Shown one piece after another: positions 40,331-51,481 of a DNA stretch of 64,000 nucleotides. The stretch is from Planctomycetota bacterium (lineage in GTDB: Bacteria > Planctomycetota > Planctomycetia > Pirellulales > Pirellulaceae): positions 11,821 through 75,820 of the forward strand of contig VGZA01000026.1 of the NCBI GenBank assembly GCA_016872775.1, read 5' to 3'. Each line of letters starts with the position of its first letter. The stretch's first letter is position 1. The notes under the pieces were generated by a model. It worked only from the letters and a program-made list of their open reading frames with translations. It did not search any database and was not told the DNA's origin. The translations under genes and the position numbers were made by a program.

Positions 40331-40420
40331 GGCGAAACTTGTTTCGCGGGACTTGTGATGCGAAACTTGTTGCGCGGGACAGGTCACGAAACAAGTTTCG
40401 TGTTACGTAGCGCGAAACCC
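40331..40420. repeat. Cluster of 3-4 copies of a palindromic element with core CGAAACTTGTTTCG (two direct 21-mers GCGAAACTTGTTTCGCGGGAC, one inverted copy, one partial).
   Basis: Copies are read at 40331..40352, 40360..40380 and 40385..40402 (inverted), plus a partial copy at 40410..40420. Confidence 0.7.
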
Positions 40421-40421
40421 T

Positions 40422-40679
40422 CTAGAATTCATCTTCTTGTCCGATGCCGCCCTGCCAGGCTTCGAGTGCCGCGAGCACGGCGTCGCGTTCTTGGCGGTTA
40501 GCCCAGACCGATTCATCCTGTTCCAGGCGAACTTCATACAGGCCTTCGCACTGGCATTCTTCATCGCCACAGAAATGGGGCACGGCGGCAATCCACATCA
40601 CGCGATAAAGGGGCACGTGTTTGTCGTCGACGAGGCAGAAAATCGATCGCGACTTCTCACCGCCGTTATCGTTCGCCAT
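40422..40679 (-). CDS. Small hypothetical Cys-containing protein (85 aa) downstream of proC.
   Basis: Track ORF containing CGDEECQCEG. It lies 10 nt after proC. Confidence 0.4.
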   Translation of the reverse strand: MANDNGGEKSRSIFCLVDDKHVPLYRVMWIAAVPHFCGDEECQCEGLYEVRLEQDESVWANRQERDAVLAALEAWQGGIGQEDEF

Positions 40680-40688
40680 GATTCGGTC

Positions 40689-41504
40689 TCACTGTTTCTG
40701 GCCCAATTCCTGCGATCGCCGCGTGGCTGCTACCACAGCCGCCATAAGTCCGCTGCGAATGCCGTGATCTTCTAGCGCCTGTAAGCCTGCGATTGTCGTG
40801 CCACCGGGACTAGCGACACGATCCTTAAGTATTCCCGGATGTTCGCCGGTGGCAAGGACCATTTCGGCCGCGCCGGCGACCGTCTGGGCGGCGAGCTGCG
40901 TGGCGACGTCGCGCGGCAGTCCCACCCGCACCCCGCCGTCACTCAACGCCTCGATCATCACGTAAACAAATGCCGGACCGCTGCCCGAAAGGCCGGTGAC
41001 CGCGTCCAGCAGCGATTCGTCAAGCCGATACGTGCCTCCGACGGCCCGCAACATCGAATCGACCCAAACGGCGTCGTCGGCGGTGGCAGCCGCCCCTAAA
41101 CTGTAGGCCGACGCCCCCTGTCCGACCAAGCACGGTGTGTTCGGCATGACGCGGATCACACGCTGGATGCCGCTTTCCGCAGCCAGTCTGGCAAGCGTCA
41201 CACCGGCGGCGACACTGATCAGCAGGTGCCGCGCGGTCAGCACCGGTTTCAGTTCGGCGAGCACCACCGGAATCTGCAGCGGCTTGACCGCCAGAATGAT
41301 CACCTGGCAATGCTGGGCAAGTTGACTGTTGCCCGCCATGAGGCGACAACCCGGCACAATCGAAGCAAAAGTGCCGACAGCGTCCTGCGAGGTATCATAA
41401 GCGGCGATACGTTCCGCCGGGACGAGACCGGCATCGACGATGCCGCGTGCCAGGGCGCGCGCCATTTGCCCGGCGCCAACAAATCCGATCATCTCGTTTG
41501 GCAT
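40689..41504 (-). CDS. proC: Pyrroline-5-carboxylate reductase.
   Basis: MPNEMIGFVGAGQMARALARG, LAVKPLQIPVVLAEL and SPGGTTIAGL are ProC motifs. Start chosen at ATG 41504. Confidence 0.9.
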   Translation of the reverse strand: MPNEMIGFVGAGQMARALARGIVDAGLVPAERIAAYDTSQDAVGTFASIVPGCRLMAGNSQLAQHCQVIILAVKPLQIPVVLAELKPVLTARHLLISVAAGVTLARLAAESGIQRVIRVMPNTPCLVGQGASAYSLGAAATADDAVWVDSMLRAVGGTYRLDESLLDAVTGLSGSGPAFVYVMIEALSDGGVRVGLPRDVATQLAAQTVAGAAEMVLATGEHPGILKDRVASPGGTTIAGLQALEDHGIRSGLMAAVVAATRRSQELGQKQ

Positions 41505-41748
41505 TCCAGTTCCCGCAGTTAATTCTGGCCGCCCCCATGCTAAGTCATCCCCCCACCGGCTGCAAGACGCAAAGTGCCGCACTGGCCGTCGCCCGGCGGG
41601 TCCGCGAAAAATCTGGGCTTTACGCCTACGCCATTTTTTGGCAAACTCCCGCCGCTTTTCCCGGAACGATCGATTCCCAATTCAGGCCGGCGGCCAGACC
41701 AGGCCGCACGTGCGGAAACTGAAATCTCGGCAGGAAGGAGCTTGGACC

Positions 41749-42249
41749 ATGTCTTTCGCCCCGTCGCTGACGCGCAAACTCGCCATGGCCGCCGCACTCG
41801 TTTTCGCGGCGGGATTTACCACGGATGGCCGCCTGCAGGCCGATGACGGCTGGAAATTCCCGAATTTGAATCCGTTCAAGAAGTCGGAAGAGACCGGTTC
41901 GGCGGGCAAAAAGAAAACCTCCGCGAAATTCAGCGACAAGAACCAAGACAGCTCCTGGAAATGGTGGGGCTCAACAAAAGACGCCTCGAGATCACGAGCG
42001 GCCGAGCCGTCGACATGGGACAAGATGAGTTCCGGAACGAAATCGCTGATGGCGAAAACCAAATCGGCGATCACTCCTTGGAAGTCAGAGGAGACAACAA
42101 CCAAGCGTCCCGCGACCGGCACCAATCGGTTGGTGTCGAAGAAAAAGCAGGAAAAATCGAGCTGGCTGCCGACCTGGAAAACGGAAAAGGAATCATCGGA
42201 TGGCCCCAGGACATTATCGGACTGGGTCGGCCTGCCCAAACCGGAGTGA
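41749..42249 (+). CDS. Secreted Lys/Ser/Thr/Trp-rich hypothetical protein.
   Basis: AGGAAGGAG RBS. The signal peptide is MSFAPSLTRKLAMAAALVFAAGF. A W-x-K motif recurs (SSWKWW, STWDKM, TPWKSE, SSWLPTWKTE). Confidence 0.5.
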   Translation: MSFAPSLTRKLAMAAALVFAAGFTTDGRLQADDGWKFPNLNPFKKSEETGSAGKKKTSAKFSDKNQDSSWKWWGSTKDASRSRAAEPSTWDKMSSGTKSLMAKTKSAITPWKSEETTTKRPATGTNRLVSKKKQEKSSWLPTWKTEKESSDGPRTLSDWVGLPKPE

Positions 42250-42333
42250 CCGGTCGATTTCGCAATGAGACCAGGCGGGCCCCGTTCGTCGCGTCGTCGC
42301 CGCCGGGCCTGTTTTTCGCTACAATAGTCGATC

Positions 42334-44250
42334 ATGGCGATCGACCTGATTCTGGGAACCGCGGGCCACATCGATCACGGAAAGACCTCGTTGATCCGTG
42401 CGCTGACCGGTACCGACCCGGACCGACTGCCCGAGGAAAAACGCCGGGGGATCACGATCGACATCGGCTTCGCCCATCTCGACCTGGGCGCGTATCGGCT
42501 TGGAATCGTCGACGTACCGGGTCACGAGCGTTTTGTCCGCAACATGCTGGCCGGCGCCACCGGAATGGACCTGGCGATGCTGGTGGTGGCTGCCGACGAT
42601 TCGATCAAGCCGCAGACGCTGGAACACCTCGAAATTCTCCGTTTGCTGAAGCTGCCAGCTGGCGTGATCGTATTGACCAAGTCGGACATGGTGGATGCGG
42701 AATGGCTCGATCTGGTCGAGAGTGAAATCCGTGAACTGGTGGCCGGTACGTTCCTGGAATCGGCTCCGATTGTGCGGACGAGCATCGTCCGCAATTCCGG
42801 GTTTGACGAGCTGAAATCGGCGCTGCGTGTTGCGGCGGAGCGTGCCGCCGTGGCGCGCGGGCAAACCGACTCGAATAACCCGTTCCGCATGGCGATCGAC
42901 CGCGTATTCACTCTGGCGGGGCACGGGACGGTCGTCACCGGAAGCGTGAGCAGCGGCAGCTGTGCGACCGGGGACGAACTGCACCTGGAACCGGGCAGCA
43001 TTCCGGTTCGGGTACGGGGTATTGAGAACCATGACCACAGCGTTGAACGGGTGGTGCGCGGGCAACGAGCGGCGATCAATCTGGTAGGCGTCCATCACGA
43101 GCAGGTCCACCGCGGGCATGAGCTGGCGACACCGGGCCATTTGCGTTCCAGCCGCGTGTTAACGGTTCAGTTTACGTTGCTGCCGACCGCCGCGCATCCG
43201 CTGAAGAGCCGACAACGCGTACGACTGCACGTGGGAACAGCCGAAATCCTCGCGTCGGTAATGCTGCTCGACCGCGACCGGTTGGAACCGGGCGAATTGG
43301 GCTCCCTGCAGCTGTTTCTGCTGCAGGGAGCGGCCACGACCTGGGGACAGCCGTTCGTCTTACGCAGCGAATCGCCGGTAATCACGATCGGCGGCGGAAG
43401 GGTGCTCGATCCCGATGCCGAACGGTTGCGCCGACCTGATGCGGACACGCTCGAACAAGTTCGCTCGCTCAGCAGCGACGAGCCTTTGGTACGTGCTGGA
43501 GCGGCGTTGTTCCTGGCCGGATTTCGTGACTGGCGTCCCGACGACTGGCAGCGGTCGGCCGGCATCACAGCCACCGCGCCGGTTTACGACGCCTTGAAAG
43601 GTCGAGGAGACGTCATTGAAATCCCCCTGTCGCCGACCCGAAATTGGCGGGGCCACCGACTCGTGCTCGACCGACTTTGCGACCGGATCGCCGCCGCGCT
43701 GGAAACGTTGCATCGCCAGAACCCGTTACGCATGACCCTGGACCGTTCGCGTGTCGGCAGCGGATTCGCCTACTTGCCTGACCCGGCCTTGTTTGATGCG
43801 GCACTGGAGCGAATGCGCCGGGCCGGTCGGCTGAGGATCGTCCCGAACGGAATCACGCTGGCGGGACAGGGGCCCAAGTTGTCGGCCAATGAGCAGAAGC
43901 TGTTGACGCAGATTGTCGACCAGTATCGTGCGGCCGGCGTTGAGCCGCCCACGGTTAAAGAACTCCAGGCGCAAACGGTGAAAAATCAAAATGCCGTTCC
44001 GCAACTCGTGTCGCTGGCGGCCGATGACGGGCAGCTGGTCAAGATCAATAACGATTTCTACCTCCATGCCGACGTCGACCGGGAGATTCGCGAGAAGCTA
44101 CGGCCGCAGTTGGCCGACCAGGGCCTGACGGTCAGCCAGATCCGGGAGTTGCTCGGGACCTCGCGCAAGTACGCCTTGCCCCTTTGCGAACATTTCGACA
44201 AGGTCGGATTCACGCGCCGTCTGGGCGATGTACGATATCTTGGGAGTTAA
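42334..44250 (+). CDS. selB: Selenocysteine-specific elongation factor SelB.
   Basis: The EF-Tu-like GTPase starts [34 protein letters not shown] and the C-terminal winged-helix extension are present. Length 638 aa. Confidence 0.9.
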   Translation: MAIDLILGTAGHIDHGKTSLIRALTGTDPDRLPEEKRRGITIDIGFAHLDLGAYRLGIVDVPGHERFVRNMLAGATGMDLAMLVVAADDSIKPQTLEHLEILRLLKLPAGVIVLTKSDMVDAEWLDLVESEIRELVAGTFLESAPIVRTSIVRNSGFDELKSALRVAAERAAVARGQTDSNNPFRMAIDRVFTLAGHGTVVTGSVSSGSCATGDELHLEPGSIPVRVRGIENHDHSVERVVRGQRAAINLVGVHHEQVHRGHELATPGHLRSSRVLTVQFTLLPTAAHPLKSRQRVRLHVGTAEILASVMLLDRDRLEPGELGSLQLFLLQGAATTWGQPFVLRSESPVITIGGGRVLDPDAERLRRPDADTLEQVRSLSSDEPLVRAGAALFLAGFRDWRPDDWQRSAGITATAPVYDALKGRGDVIEIPLSPTRNWRGHRLVLDRLCDRIAAALETLHRQNPLRMTLDRSRVGSGFAYLPDPALFDAALERMRRAGRLRIVPNGITLAGQGPKLSANEQKLLTQIVDQYRAAGVEPPTVKELQAQTVKNQNAVPQLVSLAADDGQLVKINNDFYLHADVDREIREKLRPQLADQGLTVSQIRELLGTSRKYALPLCEHFDKVGFTRRLGDVRYLGS

Positions 44251-44294
44251 CCAGCGACGCGTCAGCGAACCTGTCGTAGAAAGGTCACCCTTCG

Positions 44295-45689
44295 ATGGCA
44301 CCCAACGTGCTTCGCAACATCCCGTCCGTCAACGAATTGCTGGAGAGCCCGCCGCTGCGCGGGCTGGTCGAGCGGGTTAATCGCAACGTGGTGGTGAGCG
44401 GTGTCCGCTCCTTCCTGGACAACCTGCGGGGCGACCTGCAGTCGGTGACCGACTTCCGCGTGCCAACGCCGACCGAATTGGCCGAGACGATTGCGTCCTG
44501 GATCCTGGCCGGCGAGGAACCGCCGCTGCGGCCCGTAATCAATGCCACGGGAGTCCTGCTGCATACCGGGCTGGGCCGAGCGCCCTTGGCGGAAGAAGCG
44601 GTGGCGGCGATGGTGGAAGTCAGCCGCGGCTACGCCAGCGTGGAACTCGACTTGAAATCCGGTGAGCGTTCCCAGCGCATCGTGGCGGTCGAGAAGCTGC
44701 TTTGCCAGGTCACCGGCGCCGAAGCTGCCGTCGTCGTGAATAACAACGCCGGCGCGACTCTGCTGGCCCTGACCGCGTTGGGATTAGGACGGGAAATCAT
44801 CGTCTCCCGCGGGCAGCTGATCGAGATCGGCGGCAGCTATCGCCTGCCCGACATCATGACCGCCAGCGGCGCCCGACTGCGGGAAGTGGGGACGACAAAC
44901 AAGACCCGCATCGCCGATTTCGCCAACGCGATCGGCGAACAGACCGCCGCGATGATGCGGGTGCACACCAGTAACTACGTTGTCTGTGGTTTTACCGAAC
45001 AGCCAACCCTGGAGGAACTCGTCGTGCTGGGCCGGGACAAGAACCTGCCGGTGATCGACGACATTGGGTCCGGTGCTTTGATCGACTTCGCCGAATTCGG
45101 CCTGAAAGGCGAACCGATCGCTTCGCAGAGCGTCGCGACCGGGGCCGACCTGGTGCTGTTCAGCGGCGACAAGCTGCTTGGCGGTCCTCAGTGCGGTGTC
45201 GTCGTCGGCAAACGACGCTGGGTGGACCGATTGAGTAAGCATCCGTTGACCCGCGCGCTGCGTGTCGATAAGGTGACGCTGGCCGGCCTCGCCGCCACGT
45301 TGAGGCTGTATCAGGATCCCGCCAAAGCACGCGAGGCGGTGCCGCTGCTGGCCTTGTTGGGAACGTCGATGGAGAACCTGCATCTGCGGGCGGAACGCAT
45401 CGCTCAAAAACTGGCCGTCGTGCCTGGCGTCCGATCGGCGGCGGTCCAGGAGGGTACCACGTTTCTTGGCGGCGGCTCCATCCCCACCCAACAGATCGGT
45501 ACCTGGTGCGTGGCGATCGAACCTCAGTCGGCGTCAGTCGACCTGTTCGCCAACTCCTTACGCGCCGGGATGCCGGCGGTTGTGGGACGCATCCAGCAGG
45601 GAAAACTGCTGCTCGACCTCCGCTCGGTACTGCCCCGGCAGGACATCGAATTGTCCGACGCCGTCGAAACCGTAACGCGAAACTTGTAG
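44295..45689 (+). CDS. selA: L-seryl-tRNA(Sec) selenium transferase SelA.
   Basis: LRNIPSVNELL...VINATGVLLHTGLGRAPL...GGPQCGVVVGKRRWV...DKVTLAGL matches the SelA family. Length 464 aa. Confidence 0.9.
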   Translation: MAPNVLRNIPSVNELLESPPLRGLVERVNRNVVVSGVRSFLDNLRGDLQSVTDFRVPTPTELAETIASWILAGEEPPLRPVINATGVLLHTGLGRAPLAEEAVAAMVEVSRGYASVELDLKSGERSQRIVAVEKLLCQVTGAEAAVVVNNNAGATLLALTALGLGREIIVSRGQLIEIGGSYRLPDIMTASGARLREVGTTNKTRIADFANAIGEQTAAMMRVHTSNYVVCGFTEQPTLEELVVLGRDKNLPVIDDIGSGALIDFAEFGLKGEPIASQSVATGADLVLFSGDKLLGGPQCGVVVGKRRWVDRLSKHPLTRALRVDKVTLAGLAATLRLYQDPAKAREAVPLLALLGTSMENLHLRAERIAQKLAVVPGVRSAAVQEGTTFLGGGSIPTQQIGTWCVAIEPQSASVDLFANSLRAGMPAVVGRIQQGKLLLDLRSVLPRQDIELSDAVETVTRNL

Positions 45690-45769
45690 CTCGAAACTTG
45701 TTTCGAGTCGCCCTGTCGCGCGGAACTTATTTCGGCTCGACCCTGTCTCGAAACAAGTTTCGAGCTACG
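45677..45769. repeat. Second cluster of the CGAAACTTGTTTCG element, forming 22-bp inverted arms (GTAGCTCGAAACTTGTTTCGAG / CTCGAAACAAGTTTCGAGCTAC) around a 39-nt spacer, plus a degenerate copy.
   Basis: Read directly. The first copy overlaps the selA stop codon. Confidence 0.7.
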
Positions 45770-45802
45770 TCCCCCATCGTCGCTAACGTGCATTTCGGCG
45801 AA

Positions 45803-46388
45803 ATGACAATGGGTGCTTCGCGGATTACATGGGAATTCCCATTTGCTTTGTGCGGTTTACTGGCCTCTGCTTTGGGTTGTTCACGGACCGCGATCTTGCC
45901 GCAAGACGGTGCCGTCGCCAAGGATCCGGAGTCGGCGGATCCGCTGCAATTCCGTGGCGCTGAAGCTGGCAATGAACGGTCGATCCAGGGAGTTCGTTTC
46001 TGCTGGTGTCCGTGGGGCAGTTTCCTGATGGGCAGTCCGCCCGGCGAACTTCCAAGGAAAGCCGTATAACGGGGGCGAGCGGGGGCCTGTGCGGGGCGTA
46101 CCGCACCGGTTGGCAGCTACCCGACCAACGCCTGGGCCTGCACGACAGGCATGGGAATGCGTTCGAATGGTGCCGCGACTGGTATCATGCTCGACTCCCG
46201 GGCGGCGTCGACCCGGACCTTTATGCGGCGAAAGCGAGTGCGACCCGCAGCGAGCACGGCCACGGTCCCGGCGCGGCGGATGCTGGGCGGACGATGGTTG
46301 GCCTTGCCGATCCGCTTTTCGGCTGCGATTTGAGCCCGAACGGCGGTACGATCATATCGGTTTTCGCGTCTTGGCGGTCCGAAAATGA
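45803..46388 (+). pseudogene. Decayed formylglycine-generating-enzyme (FGE-sulfatase) family gene with 2 frameshifts and an internal deletion.
   Basis: Three consecutive frames each carry pieces of the FGE domain. The first reads GVRFCWCPWGSFLMGSPPGE, the second YRTGWQLPDQRLGLHDRHGNAFEWCRDWY, and the third RGGCWADD...YDHIGFRVLAVRK. Together they cover only ~195 aa. Confidence 0.6.
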
Positions 46389-46472
46389 CGCCTGCGGCGG
46401 CGCGGCGACCGACCTGTCGCGCCATGGAACCCCTCTGGCTGGGAATATACAGCCGTTGCCGACCGTTCGACA

Positions 46473-47375
46473 ATGACCGGCCATCAGCGCATGCCAATTC
46501 CTCGTTCCTCACATCCTGGTTGGGCTCGTTCGGCCTGCTTCGGCACGTTCATCATGTGCTGTAGTTTCGCCTGTCTGCAACTTTGGGCGGACGAGTCGGC
46601 TCGGGCTAGGCACCAATGGGGCCGTTTTTCGCCCGGCGCGTGGAAGCGGGTCCGGATCCAGACGGAGACGATGGACGAGCGGGGCGGCGTGGCCAGCACG
46701 TCGACCACGGAATCGTTTACAACGCTGACCGACGTCAACGATGCCGATTACACGCTGCGGATCGAAGTCCAGGTGGATGTCAAGGGAAAGCGGTTCTCGG
46801 CCCAGCCGCAGACGATCCGTCAAGGGTATTACGGTGAAACCGAAGGCCAGACGGTGACTGTCCGCAACCTGGGTCCTGTGAGTGTCCTGATCGGGGGTCA
46901 GACGATCCCTAGCGAGACGCAGGAAGTCACGATCCTGGCTCCGAATCTTCGTCGTCAGATGACGATGCAGGTATCGGAACGGGTGCCGTTTGCGGTGCTG
47001 AAACGGGATTGCCGCGCCACCGACGCGGAAGGAAAGCAGGTGAACTATACCACGGCGGTCGAGGTCCTGGCGCTGCAGATGCCGCAGAAGGTCTTGTCGG
47101 AGATTCGCGACACTAGCTACGTCAAAACGGTGCATAAGCAGGGAAAGAACACGGCGATTACGATCGAGATTGAGTGTCTGGAAGTGCCGGGGGGCGTGAT
47201 CGCTCATTCGTTGCGGGAAGAGGACGACAAGGGCCGCCTCCTCCGCAAAAGCACTTTGGAACTCGTCGATTTCGGCCCGGGGGCGGGTAACGCCGAAGAG
47301 ACAACCGCTTCGCATCGGCGCATCCTCAATCGCAGCCGAACACGCAGTAATGACCGGGGAAACCGGACCGAATAG
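46473..47375 (+). CDS. Hypothetical protein (300 aa).
   Basis: Track ORF with protein-like composition. The N-terminus contains a Cys-rich hydrophobic stretch. Confidence 0.45.
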   Translation: MTGHQRMPIPRSSHPGWARSACFGTFIMCCSFACLQLWADESARARHQWGRFSPGAWKRVRIQTETMDERGGVASTSTTESFTTLTDVNDADYTLRIEVQVDVKGKRFSAQPQTIRQGYYGETEGQTVTVRNLGPVSVLIGGQTIPSETQEVTILAPNLRRQMTMQVSERVPFAVLKRDCRATDAEGKQVNYTTAVEVLALQMPQKVLSEIRDTSYVKTVHKQGKNTAITIEIECLEVPGGVIAHSLREEDDKGRLLRKSTLELVDFGPGAGNAEETTASHRRILNRSRTRSNDRGNRTE

Positions 47376-47530
47376 CGTGCGCTGCCCCCCCAATCCGCGC
47401 GTACAATCCGTTGTCAATTGTGCCGTGGATCGGCATAATGCCGGATTACATTTTTCCGTTGGGCCAGGGCCATTACGACTCCCGATTCCCATGGCGTGGA
47501 AGGGGCGTTCGCAGCAGCGAAAGCGAGGGC

Positions 47531-49015
47531 ATGATCATGGAAAGCCGGTTCGATCGCACGGGGATTACTTTCGACGATGTGCTCCTGGAGCCCCGTTACA
47601 GCGACGTCGTTCCGGCGGAGGTAAGCGTCGCCACGCAGGTTACCCGCTCGATTTCGCTCAATGTGCCCCTGCTGAGCTCACCGATGGACACCGTGACCCA
47701 GAGCGCCATGGCGATCGCACTGGCCAAAGAGGGCGGAATCGGCGTGATCCACAAAAATATGTCGGTGGAGCATCAGACCGAAGAAGTCAACAAGGTGAAG
47801 CGGAGCGCCAACGGCATCATCCGCGATCCGGTCACCCTCCCCCCCGACCAGCCCGTTTCACGCGCCTTGGAACTGATGGCGCAGCAGAACGTTTCGGGGA
47901 TCCCGATCACGCTAGCATCCGGGCGGCTGGTCGGCATCCTGACGCGACGCGACATGAAGTTCCTCGAGCGCAGCCACCTTGCCATTTCAGAAGTTATGAC
48001 GAAAGAGGGATTGGTAACGGCTACGGGAACTGTGTCGTTGGAGGAAGCGGAGAAGATTTTGACGGCTAAAAAGGTGGAGAAACTGCTCCTGGTTGACGAA
48101 AATTACAACCTGACCGGATTAATTACGATCCGGGACATCGACATGATGAAGCGGTTCCCCAATGCTTGCAAGGACAGCCTGGGCCGATTGCGGGTGGGGG
48201 CGGCCATTGGAGTCAACGATTTCGAGCGTGCGGAGAGCCTGATCGCCAAAGACGTCGATCTGCTGGTCGTCGATTCGGCCCATGGGCATTCGGCGAATGT
48301 GATCGCAACGGTCAGGGAACTCAAGCGACGCTGGTCGATCGACGTCGTGGCGGGCAACGTGGCAACGTATGAAGGGAGTCAGGATCTGATTCGGGCGGGT
48401 GCGGACGCGGTCAAGGTCGGAATTGGGCCTGGATCGATCTGTACGACGCGCGTGATCTCCGGAGTCGGCGTACCACAAGTGACCGCCATTTACGAAGCGG
48501 CACGGGCGGCGAGCGGCACTGGGACGCCGATTATTGCCGATGGCGGAATTCGTTATTCGGGTGACATTACGAAAGCGATTGCGGCGGGAGCTCACTGTGT
48601 AATGATCGGGGGCTTGTTCGCCGGGTTGGCGGAGAGTCCTGGGACGACGATTCTGTACAAGGGTCGAACGTTCAAGGCCTACCGCGGGATGGGATCGTTA
48701 GGTGCGATGGTAAAAGGGTCCAGTGAACGGTATCGCCAGGGCGAGTCGGGCACGGGGAAACTGGTACCGGAAGGAGTCGAAGGGCGGGTGCCGTTCAAAG
48801 GCCCGCTCAGCGACTTCATATATCAGCTTGTGGGGGGGCTCCGAGCTGGTATGGGTTACTGTGGAACGCGGACGATTGCCGAATTGCGCACGGATGCACG
48901 GTTCATTCGTGTTACTGCGGCCAGCGTAAGAGAGAGCCACCCCCATGATATTGCGATCACTCAAGAATCTCCGAATTACAGCCCGGATTATTCCACGACA
49001 GGTGAGGACCAGTAA
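47531..49015 (+). CDS. guaB: IMP dehydrogenase.
   Basis: [21 protein letters not shown] starts the protein. Two CBS domains, the catalytic loop [11 protein letters not shown] and [17 protein letters not shown] are present. Confidence 0.95.
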   Translation: MIMESRFDRTGITFDDVLLEPRYSDVVPAEVSVATQVTRSISLNVPLLSSPMDTVTQSAMAIALAKEGGIGVIHKNMSVEHQTEEVNKVKRSANGIIRDPVTLPPDQPVSRALELMAQQNVSGIPITLASGRLVGILTRRDMKFLERSHLAISEVMTKEGLVTATGTVSLEEAEKILTAKKVEKLLLVDENYNLTGLITIRDIDMMKRFPNACKDSLGRLRVGAAIGVNDFERAESLIAKDVDLLVVDSAHGHSANVIATVRELKRRWSIDVVAGNVATYEGSQDLIRAGADAVKVGIGPGSICTTRVISGVGVPQVTAIYEAARAASGTGTPIIADGGIRYSGDITKAIAAGAHCVMIGGLFAGLAESPGTTILYKGRTFKAYRGMGSLGAMVKGSSERYRQGESGTGKLVPEGVEGRVPFKGPLSDFIYQLVGGLRAGMGYCGTRTIAELRTDARFIRVTAASVRESHPHDIAITQESPNYSPDYSTTGEDQ

Positions 49016-50330
49016 CGGGCTCAATCCGGGCCTGCTGCGCGGACTGTTGAAGACCACCGGCAAAACGGTCGTGTGGAGTGGCTTGCTGGCGTCTTGCTTC
49101 CCCTGTTTTGCCGCTGACGGTCGTCCAACCGAGGCCCGTGTAACCCGTTCGGCGCTGCAGTGGCAGCCACGGCGCGCGGTCGAAAGGATCGCCGTCGATC
49201 TCTCGGATTCTCCGATCGAGGAGGCCGCGGAAGGCAAACAGGTCGGGTACGAATCGAAAGGCTGCGGTTGGGAGTCGGGGCTGAAATGGCGCGTTAAGGC
49301 ACCGACGGAATTCGCCACGGCTCGGGAGATTTCCCCGATGCCGGAGCGGCATTCGTTCATTCGCACCGTCAGCCACACTGCCGCGGCCAAAGCGGTGCGC
49401 GATGCGGAATCGGACGGTAACCGGCGCGCGGTCGATCCGTTCGACGAACCGTTCGGCGATCGTTCCAGCAGCGAGACGGACGCCCGTGACGAGAGCGTTC
49501 TCAATGCGCCCCAGACGCTGGTCGCCAGGCGTGCGGAAGCGCAAAAGCCGGCTGCCGCTCCCCGACCAATCGCCTATCGGGACGATCGAGCGTCTCGCTT
49601 GAACGACCTGCGGGCGACCAACGAGCGCGACTGTGTTGCCGCGATCGGCAAGTGCACCGACGCTCGCAAGAGACTCCGCAGCGAGAGCATCGCGGATATC
49701 TCGGTTGATATTACGCCGGCTTACAAAACCGATCCCAAGAATGTCGAAGAGGCCCAGGCGGAACTCGAGAAGCTCTACAACAATCGGGACTTCAAGGAAC
49801 ACACGTTCAAAGATCGGGCGGGCAACATCGTGGCCCACGGTAAGCTTAAGAACTACCTTCGCGGCAAGATCGTGGTCACCAGGGAAGATGGGACCGACAC
49901 CCTGATCCCGTATCGGGACTTGAGCGACGAGGATATGTGCTTTCTGTCAGCCTGGTGGCGGCTGCCGACCGAATGTACGCTCGGCGGCGAACCGCTCCTG
50001 GCCCGCAACTGGAATCCGTCGACGATGACCTGGAAAGCGTCCGCACTCTGCCACAAGCCGCTCTACTTCGAAGAGACGCAGTTGGAACGTTACGGACATA
50101 CCACGGGACCGCTTTCGCAGCCGATACTCTCCAGTGCTCATTTCTTCACGAATATCGCGGTTTTGCCCTACAAGATGGGCATCAATCCGCTCAACGAGTG
50201 CCAGTACGCCCTCGGCTATTACCGGCCTGGAAGCTGTGCGCCCTGGCTGCTGCCACCCATACCGATCAGTGTTCGAGGCGCCTTGGCGGAGGCGGGAACG
50301 GTGATCGCTGGCGTGGCGGTACTACCCTGA
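49002..50330 (+). CDS. Hypothetical secreted/membrane protein.
   Basis: Track ORF 48945..50330. A GTG at 49002 gives a signal-like [30 protein letters not shown] and reduces the overlap with guaB. The start is uncertain. Confidence 0.45.
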   Translation: MRTSNGLNPGLLRGLLKTTGKTVVWSGLLASCFPCFAADGRPTEARVTRSALQWQPRRAVERIAVDLSDSPIEEAAEGKQVGYESKGCGWESGLKWRVKAPTEFATAREISPMPERHSFIRTVSHTAAAKAVRDAESDGNRRAVDPFDEPFGDRSSSETDARDESVLNAPQTLVARRAEAQKPAAAPRPIAYRDDRASRLNDLRATNERDCVAAIGKCTDARKRLRSESIADISVDITPAYKTDPKNVEEAQAELEKLYNNRDFKEHTFKDRAGNIVAHGKLKNYLRGKIVVTREDGTDTLIPYRDLSDEDMCFLSAWWRLPTECTLGGEPLLARNWNPSTMTWKASALCHKPLYFEETQLERYGHTTGPLSQPILSSAHFFTNIAVLPYKMGINPLNECQYALGYYRPGSCAPWLLPPIPISVRGALAEAGTVIAGVAVLP

Positions 50331-50430
50331 TCGATTCTGTTCTTCGGGAGCGATTGGCTCGCAAACGGTGGAGTGCACCCGCACTCCACCGTTTGACTTT
50401 TCATGCGTTGATCTTGCAATCGTTGCCTTT

Positions 50431-50652
50431 TCATCCCATCCCCATGCAGCGGCCCGTGCCACACTGGGGGCGACCACAGCCGCCTTCCATTGTCGGCAGA
50501 GAAGAGGAGGTCGTCGCCGGGCTGGCGGGAACGCTCCATTCCTTTGTCAGGCTGGGACGCTGGCAATTCGGACACAGAGGTTCCTCGTTACCGCGCACCA
50601 AAATCTCGCATTTCTGCCCGCACTCGCGACAAGAATATTCGTAAATAGGCAT
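50431..50652 (-). CDS. FmdB-family zinc-ribbon protein.
   Basis: MPIYEYSCRECGQKCEIL...CPNCQ matches the FmdB CxxC-N-CxxC signature. Confidence 0.7.
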   Translation of the reverse strand: MPIYEYSCRECGQKCEILVRGNEEPLCPNCQRPSLTKEWSVPASPATTSSSLPTMEGGCGRPQCGTGRCMGMG

Positions 50653-50724
50653 GATGATCTCGCTGCGTAAGGACGTTGGGGATATTGCCCGCGTTGTTTT
50701 CGATCCGATCGGTGCTGGTTAATT

Positions 50725-51408
50725 ATGGATACCTTCTGCTTGAATCGGGAGCAAGCCCAAGCGATCGACCGGTACGCGATCGATCGGCTGGCGATCCCCG
50801 GGACGATTCTGATGGAGAATGCGGGGCGGGGCTGCGTGGACGCGATGTTGGATGCCGGTCTGCGCGGTCCGGTCACGGTCTGTTGCGGCCGTGGCAACAA
50901 TGGTGGCGACGGGATGGTGATTGCCCGCCACTTGTTGCGGCACGGCATCACCTGCCGGACCATGGTCTGGGGCCCCGCTGACAAATTGGCTCCCGACGCG
51001 CTCCGGAATTGGACGATTCTGCAGCGGGCGGGGCATCCGGTCGCCAGGATCGATCAGGAGTCGGACGTGGACGCCTGCCGCGAGTTGCTGGAGGGGGCCG
51101 CCTGGATTGTCGACGCGCTGTTGGGCACCGGTACGCGCGGCGCGCCGCGCTCGCCTCTGGATCACTGGATCGACGCCATCAACCGCAGCGCCGCACGGCG
51201 GGTCGCGATCGACATTCCCAGCGGACTCGATGCCGACACCGGTGAGCCGGCCAGCAGCACGGTTCGCGCTGCGATCACCTGCACGATGGTGGCGCCCAAG
51301 ACCGGTTTCGCCAATCCTCGGGCACGGGAATTTTTCGGGGAACTGCGGGTGGTCGATATCGGCGTCCCGTTGGACTGGCTGCATCAGGCCGCATTGCCGG
51401 GAAATTGA
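50725..51408 (+). CDS. nnrE: NAD(P)H-hydrate epimerase (YjeF N-terminal domain).
   Basis: LIPGTILMENAGRGCVDAM and VCCGRGNNGGDGMVIARHL match the YjeF-N family. Confidence 0.8.
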   Translation: MDTFCLNREQAQAIDRYAIDRLAIPGTILMENAGRGCVDAMLDAGLRGPVTVCCGRGNNGGDGMVIARHLLRHGITCRTMVWGPADKLAPDALRNWTILQRAGHPVARIDQESDVDACRELLEGAAWIVDALLGTGTRGAPRSPLDHWIDAINRSAARRVAIDIPSGLDADTGEPASSTVRAAITCTMVAPKTGFANPRAREFFGELRVVDIGVPLDWLHQAALPGN

Positions 51409-51481
51409 AAACAATTTACCATGCGAAGGCTTCGCCAGGCGGAACGGCGAACCAACCAGGAATCCTTTCGGGCGCGGATGC

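Noticed and set aside
40331-40420. Considered a mini-CRISPR array (21-nt direct repeats), and likewise 45677..45769.
   Set aside because: Spacers are only 7 nt, copies occur in both orientations, and there are no cas genes. It is better explained as a palindromic operator or REP-like element.
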